Notes under the pieces: generated by a model
Database searches by the model: none
Told to the model about the DNA's origin: nothing
Seen by the model: only the letters and a program-made list of their open reading frames with translations
Made by a program: the position numbers and the translations under genes
Assembly: GCA_043822125.1 (NCBI GenBank)
Contig: JBDRCB010000009.1
Coordinates: forward strand, 79,736-143,735
DNA from: an archaeon
GTDB taxonomy: Archaea; Nanobdellota; Nanobdellia; Pacearchaeales; GW2011-AR1
Length of the DNA stretch: 64,000 bases
Direction: 5' to 3'
Shown: piece by piece, positions 45,651-55,016 of the stretch
Numbering within the stretch: position 1 is the stretch's first letter
Layout: each line of letters opens with the position of its first letter

Positions 45651-45913
45651 CATTAATAAAAATAAAAATCATGCCGACTTCTCCAGAAGTGGATTTAAAA
45701 GAAATAAAAAAAGAAGCACAGAAAATTATCGAAGAAAATAAAGGCATGCGGGTAATGTTTGAAGAACAGCCAATTGCATTTGGCTTAAAAGCAGTCATTG
45801 CAGGTTTTGACATCGATGAAAGCGACGAACTTGAGCCAATAGAGAACTCTCTGCGAGAAATTGAAAATGTCAGCTCAGCAGAAGTCGTGGATATGAGGCG
45901 AGCATTCGGATGA
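45641..45913 (+). CDS. Translation elongation factor aEF-1 beta
   Basis: MGITLIKIKIMPTSPEVDLKEIKKEAQKII...IAFGLKAVIAGFDIDE...; 90 aa from the internal ATG. The track start 45557 is a GTG inside the leader. Confidence 0.85.
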   Translation: MGITLIKIKIMPTSPEVDLKEIKKEAQKIIEENKGMRVMFEEQPIAFGLKAVIAGFDIDESDELEPIENSLREIENVSSAEVVDMRRAFG

Positions 45914-45966
45914 GTGAGTAAATTGAAACATTAATTAAATCAATTAAAGTCAAAAAAAGTTTAGAG

Positions 45967-46896
45967 TTAACTAAATTTCTTCTTTAATTCATCATTTAAA
46001 ACATTAATCTTTTTCATAGAAGAATTCCCTCCTCCCTTATCAGGATGAAATTGATAAGCTGCTTTTCTAAAAAACCCCTTTAATTCATCTTTACTTTTAG
46101 CATTTCTCATAGTATTAAGAGCTTCATCAATATTCTTAAATCCTGTATCTTCTCCTTTCTGTTGTGAGAGTTCTTCTTCATTTCTTGGAGTATATTCTAA
46201 TAACTTAGGAGAATCTGTTCTTTTTGATTTTCCTCCAATAAAAATATTAGACAAACCCCGAACAAGCATATGAAACAACGCATCATCTTCTTTTCTCTGC
46301 TGTTCTTTAAACTGTCCTATTTTCTTTTCATACCAGCTTCTAACAACTTTAAAGAAATTTTCGAAAAAGTAAAATAAAATTCCAAGGATTATAACAAGCA
46401 GAATAATAGCAATAAACATAAACTCAATAAATTTTAAAAGAGTTGAAAAAAGTAGCCCAGCCCAGTCAACAACTTTAAGATAAAGCCCTATCTGCCCAAA
46501 AAGAACAACAATCACAAAAGATAAAATCCAGTCAACCCCTCTCGGAAAAAGAGAAATCGCCCTCAATAAGTAAGCAAGATTATAAAACAAATAAAACCAA
46601 ACAATTAAAATAAATAAAAATGCAAATGAAAAAGTATAACCTGTTCCAATCAAAATATCAAAGATAATAGAAATTTCAGAAAAAAAACCATCAACAGCAG
46701 ACACAAATTTATTTTTTAAAAAAATATTTTTCCATTCTTTACTTAAATAATCCCATTTGCTTTCAGCAGATTCTCTTGCAGTTTCAATTTTTTCTTCAGC
46801 ACCTTCAATTTTCTCCTGCAAATTCTCAGCAAAAACAAAATTGCAGAAAAAAGAAGATAAAACCAACAGCAAAAACAAAACACCTAATTTTTTCAT
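45967..46896 (-). CDS. Polytopic membrane protein with a C-terminal J domain
   Basis: Signal/TM helix plus about 4 further TM helices, then ...FRKAAYQFHPDKGGGNSSMKKINVLNDELKKKF (HPD motif). Confidence 0.7.
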   Translation of the reverse strand: MKKLGVLFLLLVLSSFFCNFVFAENLQEKIEGAEEKIETARESAESKWDYLSKEWKNIFLKNKFVSAVDGFFSEISIIFDILIGTGYTFSFAFLFILIVWFYLFYNLAYLLRAISLFPRGVDWILSFVIVVLFGQIGLYLKVVDWAGLLFSTLLKFIEFMFIAIILLVIILGILFYFFENFFKVVRSWYEKKIGQFKEQQRKEDDALFHMLVRGLSNIFIGGKSKRTDSPKLLEYTPRNEEELSQQKGEDTGFKNIDEALNTMRNAKSKDELKGFFRKAAYQFHPDKGGGNSSMKKINVLNDELKKKFS

Positions 46897-46940
46897 AATA
46901 AAATTAAAGAAAAAGAGTTTAAAAAAATTTGTGATACATA

Positions 46941-47660
46941 TTAAGAACCAGTAGCATGTCTCCCAGTCCCAGTTAAAACATCCATTCCAGTTCTAATATC
47001 ATCCATTGTTTTAGCAGCAGCAACTGTTTTTGCTTTTAAAAGAGTCTTACTTAACAAACCAACAAAAAATGAATTAAATATTGCCAAAGTTAATGCAATA
47101 AGAAAAAACACAATAAACATTATTCCACTAAAATTTCCTCCTGAATCAAACTCTGTGGTAACACCACCAAATCCGATGGTGCTCCAATTCACAACCATTG
47201 TATAAAGTAAAAATGCTGCAAAAATTCCCCATGCAACATGCTGCACAACTAATAACTGCACATTTCCATTTTTAACAGCTCTAAAAGTAAATCCAGCAAT
47301 AGCAACAAAAGGAACTAATGTAACCAAGGCACCTCCAAAAGATTGATAAAGAAGCTTAATTGTAAGAATATTTTGTTCAGTCATATAATAAGTAGATAAT
47401 GCTCCAACAGCAAGGGAGATAACAAATAAAATTCCTTTATTTTTTAAAAAACCAGTTGTATCTAATAAAGAAAACACAAAAAGAACAATAATTATAAAAA
47501 TCAGGAACTGAGCAAAAACCTCACTGTTTCCAACATTACCAAAATAATTACGAATAGGGTTAATAATATCAGTAAAAAAATTAGCAGCACTTATAAAATT
47601 TAATCCCAAAATAACTACAAGAAAAATACAAATAACAATCCCATACACTCTTTTATTCAT
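46941..47660 (-). CDS. Polytopic membrane protein, hypothetical
   Basis: Start re-called to ATG 47660 (MNKRVYG...). The codons upstream of it in the track ORF are the promoter itself. Six or seven hydrophobic helices. Confidence 0.65.
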   Translation of the reverse strand: MNKRVYGIVICIFLVVILGLNFISAANFFTDIINPIRNYFGNVGNSEVFAQFLIFIIIVLFVFSLLDTTGFLKNKGILFVISLAVGALSTYYMTEQNILTIKLLYQSFGGALVTLVPFVAIAGFTFRAVKNGNVQLLVVQHVAWGIFAAFLLYTMVVNWSTIGFGGVTTEFDSGGNFSGIMFIVFFLIALTLAIFNSFFVGLLSKTLLKAKTVAAAKTMDDIRTGMDVLTGTGRHATGS

Positions 47661-47681
47661 GCTCAATTCAGGCAAAAAGTG

Positions 47682-47695
47682 TTTATAAATATTTC
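47682..47695 (-). promoter_or_regulatory. Promoter 14-mer GAAATATTTATAAA (minus-strand reading)
   Basis: The core starts 29 nt upstream of ATG 47660. Confidence 0.7.
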
Positions 47696-47765
47696 TCAAA
47701 TTTTTGAGTTACTTTAAAACAAAAAATAACCTAACATTTTTATATCTTATCTTCTTGTTTTTTCT

Positions 47766-48440
47766 ATGGTACTCTCAGCAGAACAGCTCCAGCAGTTAAA
47801 AAAACAAATTATTCAGCAGATTGAATCAACTTTTCCAGAAGACAAAAAAAATTCAGCAATTCAGCAGATTGAATCAATGGGTGATGAGCAGTTTGTAGAA
47901 TTTTTAAAGCAAAATAATTTAATTTCCCAAGATTTCTCTTCAACAGCTCCCCAAGGGCGAGTGTCCGGGGAGTCTGCGAACGGAAATTCCACAAGCCAGT
48001 GTGTTTTTTGCTCAATTCTCGAAGAAAAAATCCCTTCCTATAAAGTAGATGAAAACAAAGAAGCAGTTGCTGTCTTGGAAATAAACCCCATCTCAAAAGC
48101 ACACTCCCTCATAATTCCAAAAAAGCACTTATCCTCTTCAGCAGAGATTCCACAGCAGGTTTTTTCTCTTGCTAAAAAAATTTCAAAAAAAATAAAAACA
48201 AAATTCAAGCCAGTAGATATTCAGATTTCTTCTTCAAATTTATTTGGACACGAAATAATCAATATCCTTCCTATTTACAAAAATGAAAATCTCGGTTCTG
48301 AGAGAAAACCAGCAGAAAAAGAGGAATTAGAAAAACTTCAAAAAATTCTGGAAAAAAAACCAAGAAAGAAAATTATTAAAAAAATGAAAGCCAAAGAAAT
48401 CAAAGAAGAAAAAATCTGGCTTCCTAAAAGAATACCTTAA
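47766..48440 (+). CDS. HIT-fold protein lacking the histidine triad
   Basis: CVFCSILEEKIPSYKVDENKEAVAVLEINPISKAHSLIIPKKH is HIT-like, but the triad position reads GHEIINILP. It has an extra N-terminal helical region and a basic tail. Confidence 0.65.
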   Translation: MVLSAEQLQQLKKQIIQQIESTFPEDKKNSAIQQIESMGDEQFVEFLKQNNLISQDFSSTAPQGRVSGESANGNSTSQCVFCSILEEKIPSYKVDENKEAVAVLEINPISKAHSLIIPKKHLSSSAEIPQQVFSLAKKISKKIKTKFKPVDIQISSSNLFGHEIINILPIYKNENLGSERKPAEKEELEKLQKILEKKPRKKIIKKMKAKEIKEEKIWLPKRIP

Positions 48441-49269
48441 AAATTATAAAATTCTGAAGATAAAAATAAATCAGAATCAAAAAACTAATCAGAAAAACAG
48501 GAACAAAAGGTATTCCCTGTCTTATCCTCACAAATCTGTATTTTTTTCTAATCTTTTTAATCTCCTCGTCGCTGAGCCCCTCCCACTTTGATTTTAAAAT
48601 TTTTCTCCCGACATTCAGATTTTCATAAAGCCAATCTCCTTCTCTTAAATCACATGTCTTGATTCTCTTAACCATACATGCCTCATCAACTGCTTTTGCA
48701 TAAATATAAAAATAAGGCATTAGAAAAAAAAGCACTCCAAAATAAAATAAAAAACTTTCTAAAAATCCTGCTGTCATTAAAATAAGTGCAAAAATCATTA
48801 AAGAATATGCTAAATTTTTATTTTTTGAAAAAATCCTCAAAAACTCTCCACTGAAATTACTAAAATTTCTCTTTGCCAAAACAATGCTCCAAATCAATCC
48901 GTAAACTCCTCCTGCAAACAGAAAAATAAAAAGAAAAACTGCGAAAATTTTCAAGTTATAAAAAAAATCTTTTGAAAAAGGAAGAACAGCTCCAAGTGCA
49001 ATCATCAGCTTCGCATCTCCTCCTGCAAAAATCTTCCCATAGTAAAAAGCATTTCCCAGGATAAAAAAAATTCCAAGTCCGATTAAACCCTGATAAAAAA
49101 AACCAAATCCTGCATCAGAAAATAAAGAATAAAAAAATCTAAATCCAAGGGCAAAGAATATCAGTGAAAAACTAAGCCAATTCGCGACTTCGTGTGTTTT
49201 CAAATCCTGGACACTCGCGAAAACAATCCAAATCAAGCCGAGAGCAATGAGAAAAAAAACCTCAAACAT
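48424..49269 (-). CDS. Type IV prepilin/preflagellin peptidase (A24 family; PibD/FlaK-like)
   Basis: Polytopic membrane protein. First Asp in SVQDLKTHEV, second in FAGGDAKLMIALG, and C-terminal GIPFVP. Confidence 0.8.
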   Translation of the reverse strand: MFEVFFLIALGLIWIVFASVQDLKTHEVANWLSFSLIFFALGFRFFYSLFSDAGFGFFYQGLIGLGIFFILGNAFYYGKIFAGGDAKLMIALGAVLPFSKDFFYNLKIFAVFLFIFLFAGGVYGLIWSIVLAKRNFSNFSGEFLRIFSKNKNLAYSLMIFALILMTAGFLESFLFYFGVLFFLMPYFYIYAKAVDEACMVKRIKTCDLREGDWLYENLNVGRKILKSKWEGLSDEEIKKIRKKYRFVRIRQGIPFVPVFLISFLILIYFYLQNFIIFKVFF

Positions 49270-49445
49270 TTTAATTTATCCTGCTCCTTTCTCTCCCGCC
49301 TTTTTTATAAGGATGTTTTTTCTTTTCTCTTTTTTTCACTTTTCTTTTATTTCTCCTATCAGAAGAACTGCAATAATCTCCCATAATTCAAAAAGAAAAA
49401 AATTGTTTATAAATTATTTGAAAAAAATAAACATTCAATAAAAAC

Positions 49446-49459
49446 AAATATTTTTAAAT
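49446..49459 (+). promoter_or_regulatory. TATA promoter for the 523-aa paralog
   Basis: aaatatttttaaat, with the core about 29 nt upstream of ATG 49480. Confidence 0.55.
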
Positions 49460-49479
49460 GTCCACTATATAGTAAGAAC

Positions 49480-49643
49480 ATGTCAAAATCCCCACTATCA
49501 AAACTCGGACTTGCTCTTGCATCAGGAGTTATTGTTGCAGCTACTACATTTTATGCTGTTTTGCCTTCCCAAAAAAACCCTGTTAAACAAATTGCAGAAG
49601 AATCAGTCGCTACTCCGCTAGTTGAAAGAACTTCTGAAAGAAA
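49480..49643 (+). repeat. 164-nt direct repeat, copy 1 (5' end of paralog A)
   Basis: 163/164 identical to 51065..51228. The single difference is A49612 versus G51197 (Thr/Ala). Confidence 0.95.
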
Positions 49644-51051
49644 GAAAGAAAAAGTAAAAAAAGAATACATAGAAAGAGTTGTTGGTGAAGAGGGTATCAG
49701 AGAAATCCATACAATCCAACGATGGGACAAAAACGGATTAAGCCATCCCACAGCAAATTTAAGTGTAAAAGTTAAACCAAATTATTCTCAAAGAAATATT
49801 TCATTAGAATATTTGGTTTCTCCAGAAAAAGAAATTCCTAAATTACATTTTGAAAGAATTCCATTTCCAAGATTAATTCCTTGGTTAAATGATTCTGCAA
49901 CAAGTATCTTATTAATTCATCCAGAAGGAACTGGATTCTCTCTTAATCAAAGATTAATAATCCAGTCCAAAGCAGATTCGCAAGAAGTAAAACATGCAAT
50001 CCCATTTGAAGAAGCAAAGAAAATAAAAGTTGCAATGTATTTAGGGCAAAAAGCATTTGAAAAAGGAGCAGAATACATTGGAATTCCTGCAGCAGAAGCA
50101 ATTGAGATTATGGAAAAAATTGTTTCAGTCCAGTCAAGAATCGAAGAAGAAACTTTAAGAAAATCAATCAACAAAGACGCTGTAATTACAAGAATACCTC
50201 TTTACATTTTAGACAAAATAGGCTACTCAAAAACTGGAAGACGAATAGATATTCAATTAACAAAAGAAAATTCAAGAGAACAATTCTCAACATGGTTAGT
50301 AATTCCTCAGATTGGAATTGGAAATCAGGACTATGGTTTTGGTTCTTTAGAAAGAAAAATATATAGAATTAATTTTCCTGAAGAGATTAAAGAGATTAAA
50401 GAACAAAAAATTGAGACTCTTTCCTTTTTAGATTTAGAAAACCAGATTATTCTTTCAGAAAATATCTTTAAATTAACAGATGACGGAAAAAAAACTTTCT
50501 TTTCAAGCAGTAAAGCTTTAGATATATTAAAAAATAAAAATCCAGAATATTTAATTGGTTCAAAGTTAGAGAAAGGGCATTCACGAACTATCTCTCCAAA
50601 TGATGGAGTGCCAGAAATAATGCTTGTTTTAGATGGAGGATTTAGAAGAATAAGACAAGCGAGATCAAGAACAGGAGATTATGATTACAAAACAAGAGGA
50701 ACCCTTTACATTATAATTGATAATGATGCAATTAAAAGATTAAAACATCCGAAAATAGAGTGGGAACTAGACTCCGACGATTCAAAATCATGGGAGTATT
50801 GGAATGGAGAGAATTTATTCGGAAACAGATACAATCAAAAAAAATTAATTTTTAAAAAAACTCAATATGATGGAATCTACGCTGAAAGCGTAGAGTTTAA
50901 CGAACTTCCCTCTATTAATAGACCTGCTGGAAGAGACGCAGTAATAAGAGACTATAAAGCAACACCAAATGTAAAAATGTCATTTACCCTATGGGCTCAC
51001 TGTTGGAGAGAAAATCCATTTCATCTAGAAAAAGAAGAAGATTTAAGATAA
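49480..51051 (+). CDS. N-terminally anchored 523-aa protein, paralog A (shared N-terminal cassette)
   Basis: MSKSPLSKLGLALASGVIVAATTFYAVLPSQ... TM anchor. The first 164 nt are near-identical to the next gene and the rest is unrelated. Confidence 0.8.
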   Translation: MSKSPLSKLGLALASGVIVAATTFYAVLPSQKNPVKQIAEESVATPLVERTSERKKEKVKKEYIERVVGEEGIREIHTIQRWDKNGLSHPTANLSVKVKPNYSQRNISLEYLVSPEKEIPKLHFERIPFPRLIPWLNDSATSILLIHPEGTGFSLNQRLIIQSKADSQEVKHAIPFEEAKKIKVAMYLGQKAFEKGAEYIGIPAAEAIEIMEKIVSVQSRIEEETLRKSINKDAVITRIPLYILDKIGYSKTGRRIDIQLTKENSREQFSTWLVIPQIGIGNQDYGFGSLERKIYRINFPEEIKEIKEQKIETLSFLDLENQIILSENIFKLTDDGKKTFFSSSKALDILKNKNPEYLIGSKLEKGHSRTISPNDGVPEIMLVLDGGFRRIRQARSRTGDYDYKTRGTLYIIIDNDAIKRLKHPKIEWELDSDDSKSWEYWNGENLFGNRYNQKKLIFKKTQYDGIYAESVEFNELPSINRPAGRDAVIRDYKATPNVKMSFTLWAHCWRENPFHLEKEEDLR

Positions 51052-51064
51052 AAATAACCAAAAA

Positions 51065-51228
51065 ATGTCAAAATCCCCACTATCAAAACTCGGACTTGCT
51101 CTTGCATCAGGAGTTATTGTTGCAGCTACTACATTTTATGCTGTTTTGCCTTCCCAAAAAAACCCTGTTAAACAAATTGCAGAAGAATCAGTCGCTGCTC
51201 CGCTAGTTGAAAGAACTTCTGAAAGAAA
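51065..51228 (+). repeat. 164-nt direct repeat, copy 2 (5' end of paralog B)
   Basis: See copy 1. The offset is exactly 1585 nt. Confidence 0.95.
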
Positions 51229-52762
51229 AGATGGGAAAAAAATTCCCTCACCATCGCAACAATTTATAGAAATTGCAGAGAAATTTATCGTAAACAACAA
51301 GAGATCTCCAAGAAGGACAAATAATTCCTTTCTTGGGCTAGAAAGAGAAATAATTAGTGAAAATAGAAAAATTATAATGCAGGAATTTGAAGTGGAATTT
51401 GGAAATAAAAAAGGAAAGTTAAGAAAAGAGAGATTCAGTTTATGTGTAAAAGAGGATGAAGGTACACTTTCATTAATGTACGCTCCATCAATCTGTTTCC
51501 GTCCATGGGGAGAAAGAATGGGCATTATGGTAGACACAGAATATTGGCAAAAAAGAAAAGAATTACCAGAAATAAATGAAAAAGAAACATTTATTTATAT
51601 TTTCCATCCTAGCGAAATAATTATTAAAAAAAGAATTCAATTGAGAGAGGAAGAAGGGCTAAAACTATCATTTAACCTTCCAGAACATATAGAAAGGCAA
51701 ATTGAAACAGAACATGCAATTTTTTTTGAGGAGGTTGAAAAAGAAAATGAAAAATATATGTCTACAAGAAAATTTCAAGAAATTATGAAAGGATACTCTA
51801 TATCAAAAGTTCCAACAGAAGTTCAAACAGATTCATTTTTTAAAACCATAGGCGGAAAAAGGAAAATGTTTATTAGAAAAGAACTTATAGGAGATTCAAA
51901 CATCCCTTTTGAAGGGTTCTCAAAAAACCCGGTGTTTATATGGGCGGTAATTACATATGGGGATCCTTCACTTTCAAATCAAGAGTCTAAATCAAAAAGA
52001 TATGGGAAATTAGAGACAATACTAACTCTAAATGTGGACAAACCTGAAGAACGAAAAAGAGTAGAAGAAGAAACGGAAACTAAGAGAAAAATAGTATCTC
52101 ATATAGAAAATTCGGCAACTACAGCAGAGGATAGGATAAAATTAATTGAAATAGAACTAGGAAAAAGTGAAAAAAAGTTAACAGAAAAAAATATCTTAAC
52201 AGAATTAAGAAAAAAATACTTAAATGAAATAAATAGAATACTTGATGTAAAAACAACTTCCTATAACATAGAAACCGCCAGAGGGGCAATTTATCGTCTT
52301 AGGTTAATCAAAGAGGATGAAAGAGAAAAAATCCGCGATATAAATTTGATTAATAAACCAGAGAGAATTGAGCGGTTTACATTATCTCCTGATGAAAATT
52401 TTGCAATGTTCATGCTCCAGCCAGAAGGATATTATAAAATTTTAGATATAAGAAATAAAAAATTGAGAATGATTGTTGAAGATAAAAAAATAAGAGAATT
52501 CCCTGTTTTCTCGCCAAATAGTAAAAAGATAGCATTTGAATTTCGGGAGGGAGGAGGGAATTATCAAATAGGAGTTATCAATGTTGATGGAACTTTTTTT
52601 AGGAGAGTCTCATATGAAAAAAAAGGGAGTAGTGTAAATCCCCGCTGGTCTGCTGATAGTAAAAAAATTTTTTATACAAATATACATTATTATATTACTG
52701 GAGCTACAAGCGCAACCTATCTAAGATCTGTAGATATTGAAGACTTTGAAAGAAAAAAATAA
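51065..52762 (+). CDS. N-terminally anchored 565-aa protein, paralog B, with C-terminal PD40/TolB-like beta-propeller repeats
   Basis: Same N-terminal cassette as paralog A. C-terminal VFSPNSKKIAFEF...GVINVDG...PRWSADSKKIFY repeats. Confidence 0.8.
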   Translation: MSKSPLSKLGLALASGVIVAATTFYAVLPSQKNPVKQIAEESVAAPLVERTSERKDGKKIPSPSQQFIEIAEKFIVNNKRSPRRTNNSFLGLEREIISENRKIIMQEFEVEFGNKKGKLRKERFSLCVKEDEGTLSLMYAPSICFRPWGERMGIMVDTEYWQKRKELPEINEKETFIYIFHPSEIIIKKRIQLREEEGLKLSFNLPEHIERQIETEHAIFFEEVEKENEKYMSTRKFQEIMKGYSISKVPTEVQTDSFFKTIGGKRKMFIRKELIGDSNIPFEGFSKNPVFIWAVITYGDPSLSNQESKSKRYGKLETILTLNVDKPEERKRVEEETETKRKIVSHIENSATTAEDRIKLIEIELGKSEKKLTEKNILTELRKKYLNEINRILDVKTTSYNIETARGAIYRLRLIKEDEREKIRDINLINKPERIERFTLSPDENFAMFMLQPEGYYKILDIRNKKLRMIVEDKKIREFPVFSPNSKKIAFEFREGGGNYQIGVINVDGTFFRRVSYEKKGSSVNPRWSADSKKIFYTNIHYYITGATSATYLRSVDIEDFERKK

Positions 52763-52771
52763 TTAATAAAC

Positions 52772-54925
52772 TTAACTGCCCAGCCCGCCTAAAACAACTG
52801 TTGCTAGGATAAATAAAGCAAGAGTTGAAAAAAGTGCAGTTAAAAAATAAAGAAAGAGCCCCCTCAGATAATTTTTCCCTCTTTTGTTTGTCTTCTCAAG
52901 TTTGTCTTCTCCAGAATCAATTGTAACAAGTGCTCCTGTGAGAATGAAGATTATTTGAATAAGGTAAATTCCAATAATAATCTGCAGATAATAAGGAGGT
53001 ATCATTTTTGTCAAATCAAAAATTTTCAAAATCGTGCTGAGCCCTCCAAAGCCGAGAATTTCCTGCCCTTCTATTTCCAAAAAATTAATTTTGCTTAAAA
53101 TAGTTGTTATCATTGCTGATAGCCCGACGACAATTCCCGCAAGAAGAGGTGCAAGGAAAGTCATATTGCTCTTCATATCAGAAACAATCTCTGCAAGCAT
53201 ATCCTTCAATCGCACAGTTGTCTTCTGAATATTCTTAACATATTCTGATATGCTCATCAAACTCACCGCCGCAATTTTCAGCCCTTTTTTCGCAGATTCA
53301 ATTAATATTCTCATACTTGTTGCAATTAACTCAGAAGGATAAAAAATTATAGCCCCTCGCTGTGAATCAAAAATTGCTTTTTCAGCACCCATCCCCATCT
53401 GCCTGATGTTATAGTTAACTCTTTTAAAAAAATCCTCTGTCATCAGGCCCTTGGAAGATTCAGCAACTCTTCCGAATGCAAGTTCAACAGGAAGTCCGTT
53501 TCCAATGCGGTTCCCGAGCTGAAATAATGAATTATTAAATTCCCCTTCTAAATTTTTTGTCCTCTCTCTTTCAACTATAATCTCCTTTGTTCTTTTTTTA
53601 TGTGCAATTGAAAAAAATGCTGCAATTCCGAGGGGAAAAAACATTCCGAGAATCAAGGCGCCTACTCCAAACGGCCCTTTAATTCCCTCCCCGCTGTCTT
53701 TAAACCCAAAAATTTTTTCATTTCCAAAAATTCCCAAACCAAGTTCTGCAAAAGTATAATCATTTTTCAGTCCAATCAAATCAGGAATAGGAGTATACTG
53801 AAATATCAACGGTAAAAATCCAATTATAAAAAAAGGTAAGCAGATAAGAAAAGCAGTAAAATACGGCTTCTTGGTTTTATATTTAGGATAAAGAGGGTTT
53901 CTCTCAAGCAGAGTTGTCTCTCCGTACCCTCCTGGCCTCAAATGCAAAACTTTGTCTGTAAGATAAAAAATAAAAAAAGGGATTATAAAATTAAACAAAA
54001 TAAAAACATGATGCCATTTTACAAGGTCTCCTATCATAGCAGAAGCAAGAGGTAGGAGGGCGAGCCCGAGTGTCGGAAGAACAACCCCTAGCATGTAAAT
54101 ATTTGTCAGCGGACTCCTGACTTCATGTGTGAATTTTAGCATTTTGTCATAAACACCATCGAGAACCACCTGAAGGGACTTTTCAAGAGTCGCTATTCTA
54201 TGCGAGTTGTCAGGCTCAAACAAACTGCTTTCAATTAAATGAAAAGATTCTATAAATTCAGTGGAATAATCTCTCCATGTTTCTAAATAATTATCCAGAC
54301 TCTCTTTGATAGTAGAGAACTTTCCAATTTCCACGTCGTAAAAAACTTTTTTAAAATCAAGTGCAAGAGGATACTGCAGGTTCTGTGCTGCAAATGCAAT
54401 CGCCTTCTCTAGATTAGGGGTATGCCTCATATAAACAACCACATACAAAATCGCGGGAACCATTTGCGAAGATGCTTTAAGTCTCCATTTATTCGCGAGC
54501 CGTTCTGGATATCCTATAACAAAATAAAACAAGAACATTGAAAGAATCAGCACTAAAAAGAAAAATAAAAAAGGAAAATTCGCAAGACTGCCTTTTATTA
54601 AAATAACAGAAACAGAAATAATAAGCCCAATCATCAAAACACTGAGAAAAGCAGTAACACCAAGGGTAAGTGCCTGCCATGGCTCAATGTCAAGATGAGC
54701 AACATCAATATGCTTCTGGATTTTTTTTCTGTCTTTCTCAGAAACATTTATTCTTATGAAACTTCCGAGAGTATGGCAGAATTTTTCATACCCTGAAAAT
54801 TCAGGAGCCATCTCGCTTTTGAAAACTTCATAGCTTCTGCTGAAACTCCCGCCCGAAACATCACTTTTAATCTGCGACTCAATTTTTGCCCCGTGTTTTT
54901 TCAGAATATCTTTTGCATCATCCAT
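52772..54925 (-). CDS. FlaJ/PilC/TadC-like polytopic platform protein (two T2SSF-like cytoplasmic domains), putative
   Basis: 717 aa with at least 9 TM helices. Two soluble segments resemble T2SSF domains (AIAFAAQNLQYPLALDF...; AFGRVAESSKGL...GMGAEKAI...). It lies directly downstream of the secretion ATPase. Confidence 0.6.
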   Translation of the reverse strand: MDDAKDILKKHGAKIESQIKSDVSGGSFSRSYEVFKSEMAPEFSGYEKFCHTLGSFIRINVSEKDRKKIQKHIDVAHLDIEPWQALTLGVTAFLSVLMIGLIISVSVILIKGSLANFPFLFFFLVLILSMFLFYFVIGYPERLANKWRLKASSQMVPAILYVVVYMRHTPNLEKAIAFAAQNLQYPLALDFKKVFYDVEIGKFSTIKESLDNYLETWRDYSTEFIESFHLIESSLFEPDNSHRIATLEKSLQVVLDGVYDKMLKFTHEVRSPLTNIYMLGVVLPTLGLALLPLASAMIGDLVKWHHVFILFNFIIPFFIFYLTDKVLHLRPGGYGETTLLERNPLYPKYKTKKPYFTAFLICLPFFIIGFLPLIFQYTPIPDLIGLKNDYTFAELGLGIFGNEKIFGFKDSGEGIKGPFGVGALILGMFFPLGIAAFFSIAHKKRTKEIIVERERTKNLEGEFNNSLFQLGNRIGNGLPVELAFGRVAESSKGLMTEDFFKRVNYNIRQMGMGAEKAIFDSQRGAIIFYPSELIATSMRILIESAKKGLKIAAVSLMSISEYVKNIQKTTVRLKDMLAEIVSDMKSNMTFLAPLLAGIVVGLSAMITTILSKINFLEIEGQEILGFGGLSTILKIFDLTKMIPPYYLQIIIGIYLIQIIFILTGALVTIDSGEDKLEKTNKRGKNYLRGLFLYFLTALFSTLALFILATVVLGGLGS

Positions 54926-55016
54926 CTTTTAAATTACAATTAAAAAAGATTAATAAATGTTTTTAGTTAATAAAAAAGAATTTAAACTATTTCAAAAAAA
55001 TTTCTGGCTAAACTCT

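Noticed and set aside
49480-51228. The 164-nt repeat pair considered as a template/variable repeat pair of a diversity-generating retroelement (DGRs are known in DPANN archaea)
   Set aside because: There is only one mismatch (A versus G), so no adenine-specific mutagenesis pattern. No reverse transcriptase or accessory gene occurs anywhere in the window. The repeats cover signal/anchor sequence rather than a ligand-binding C-terminal fold.
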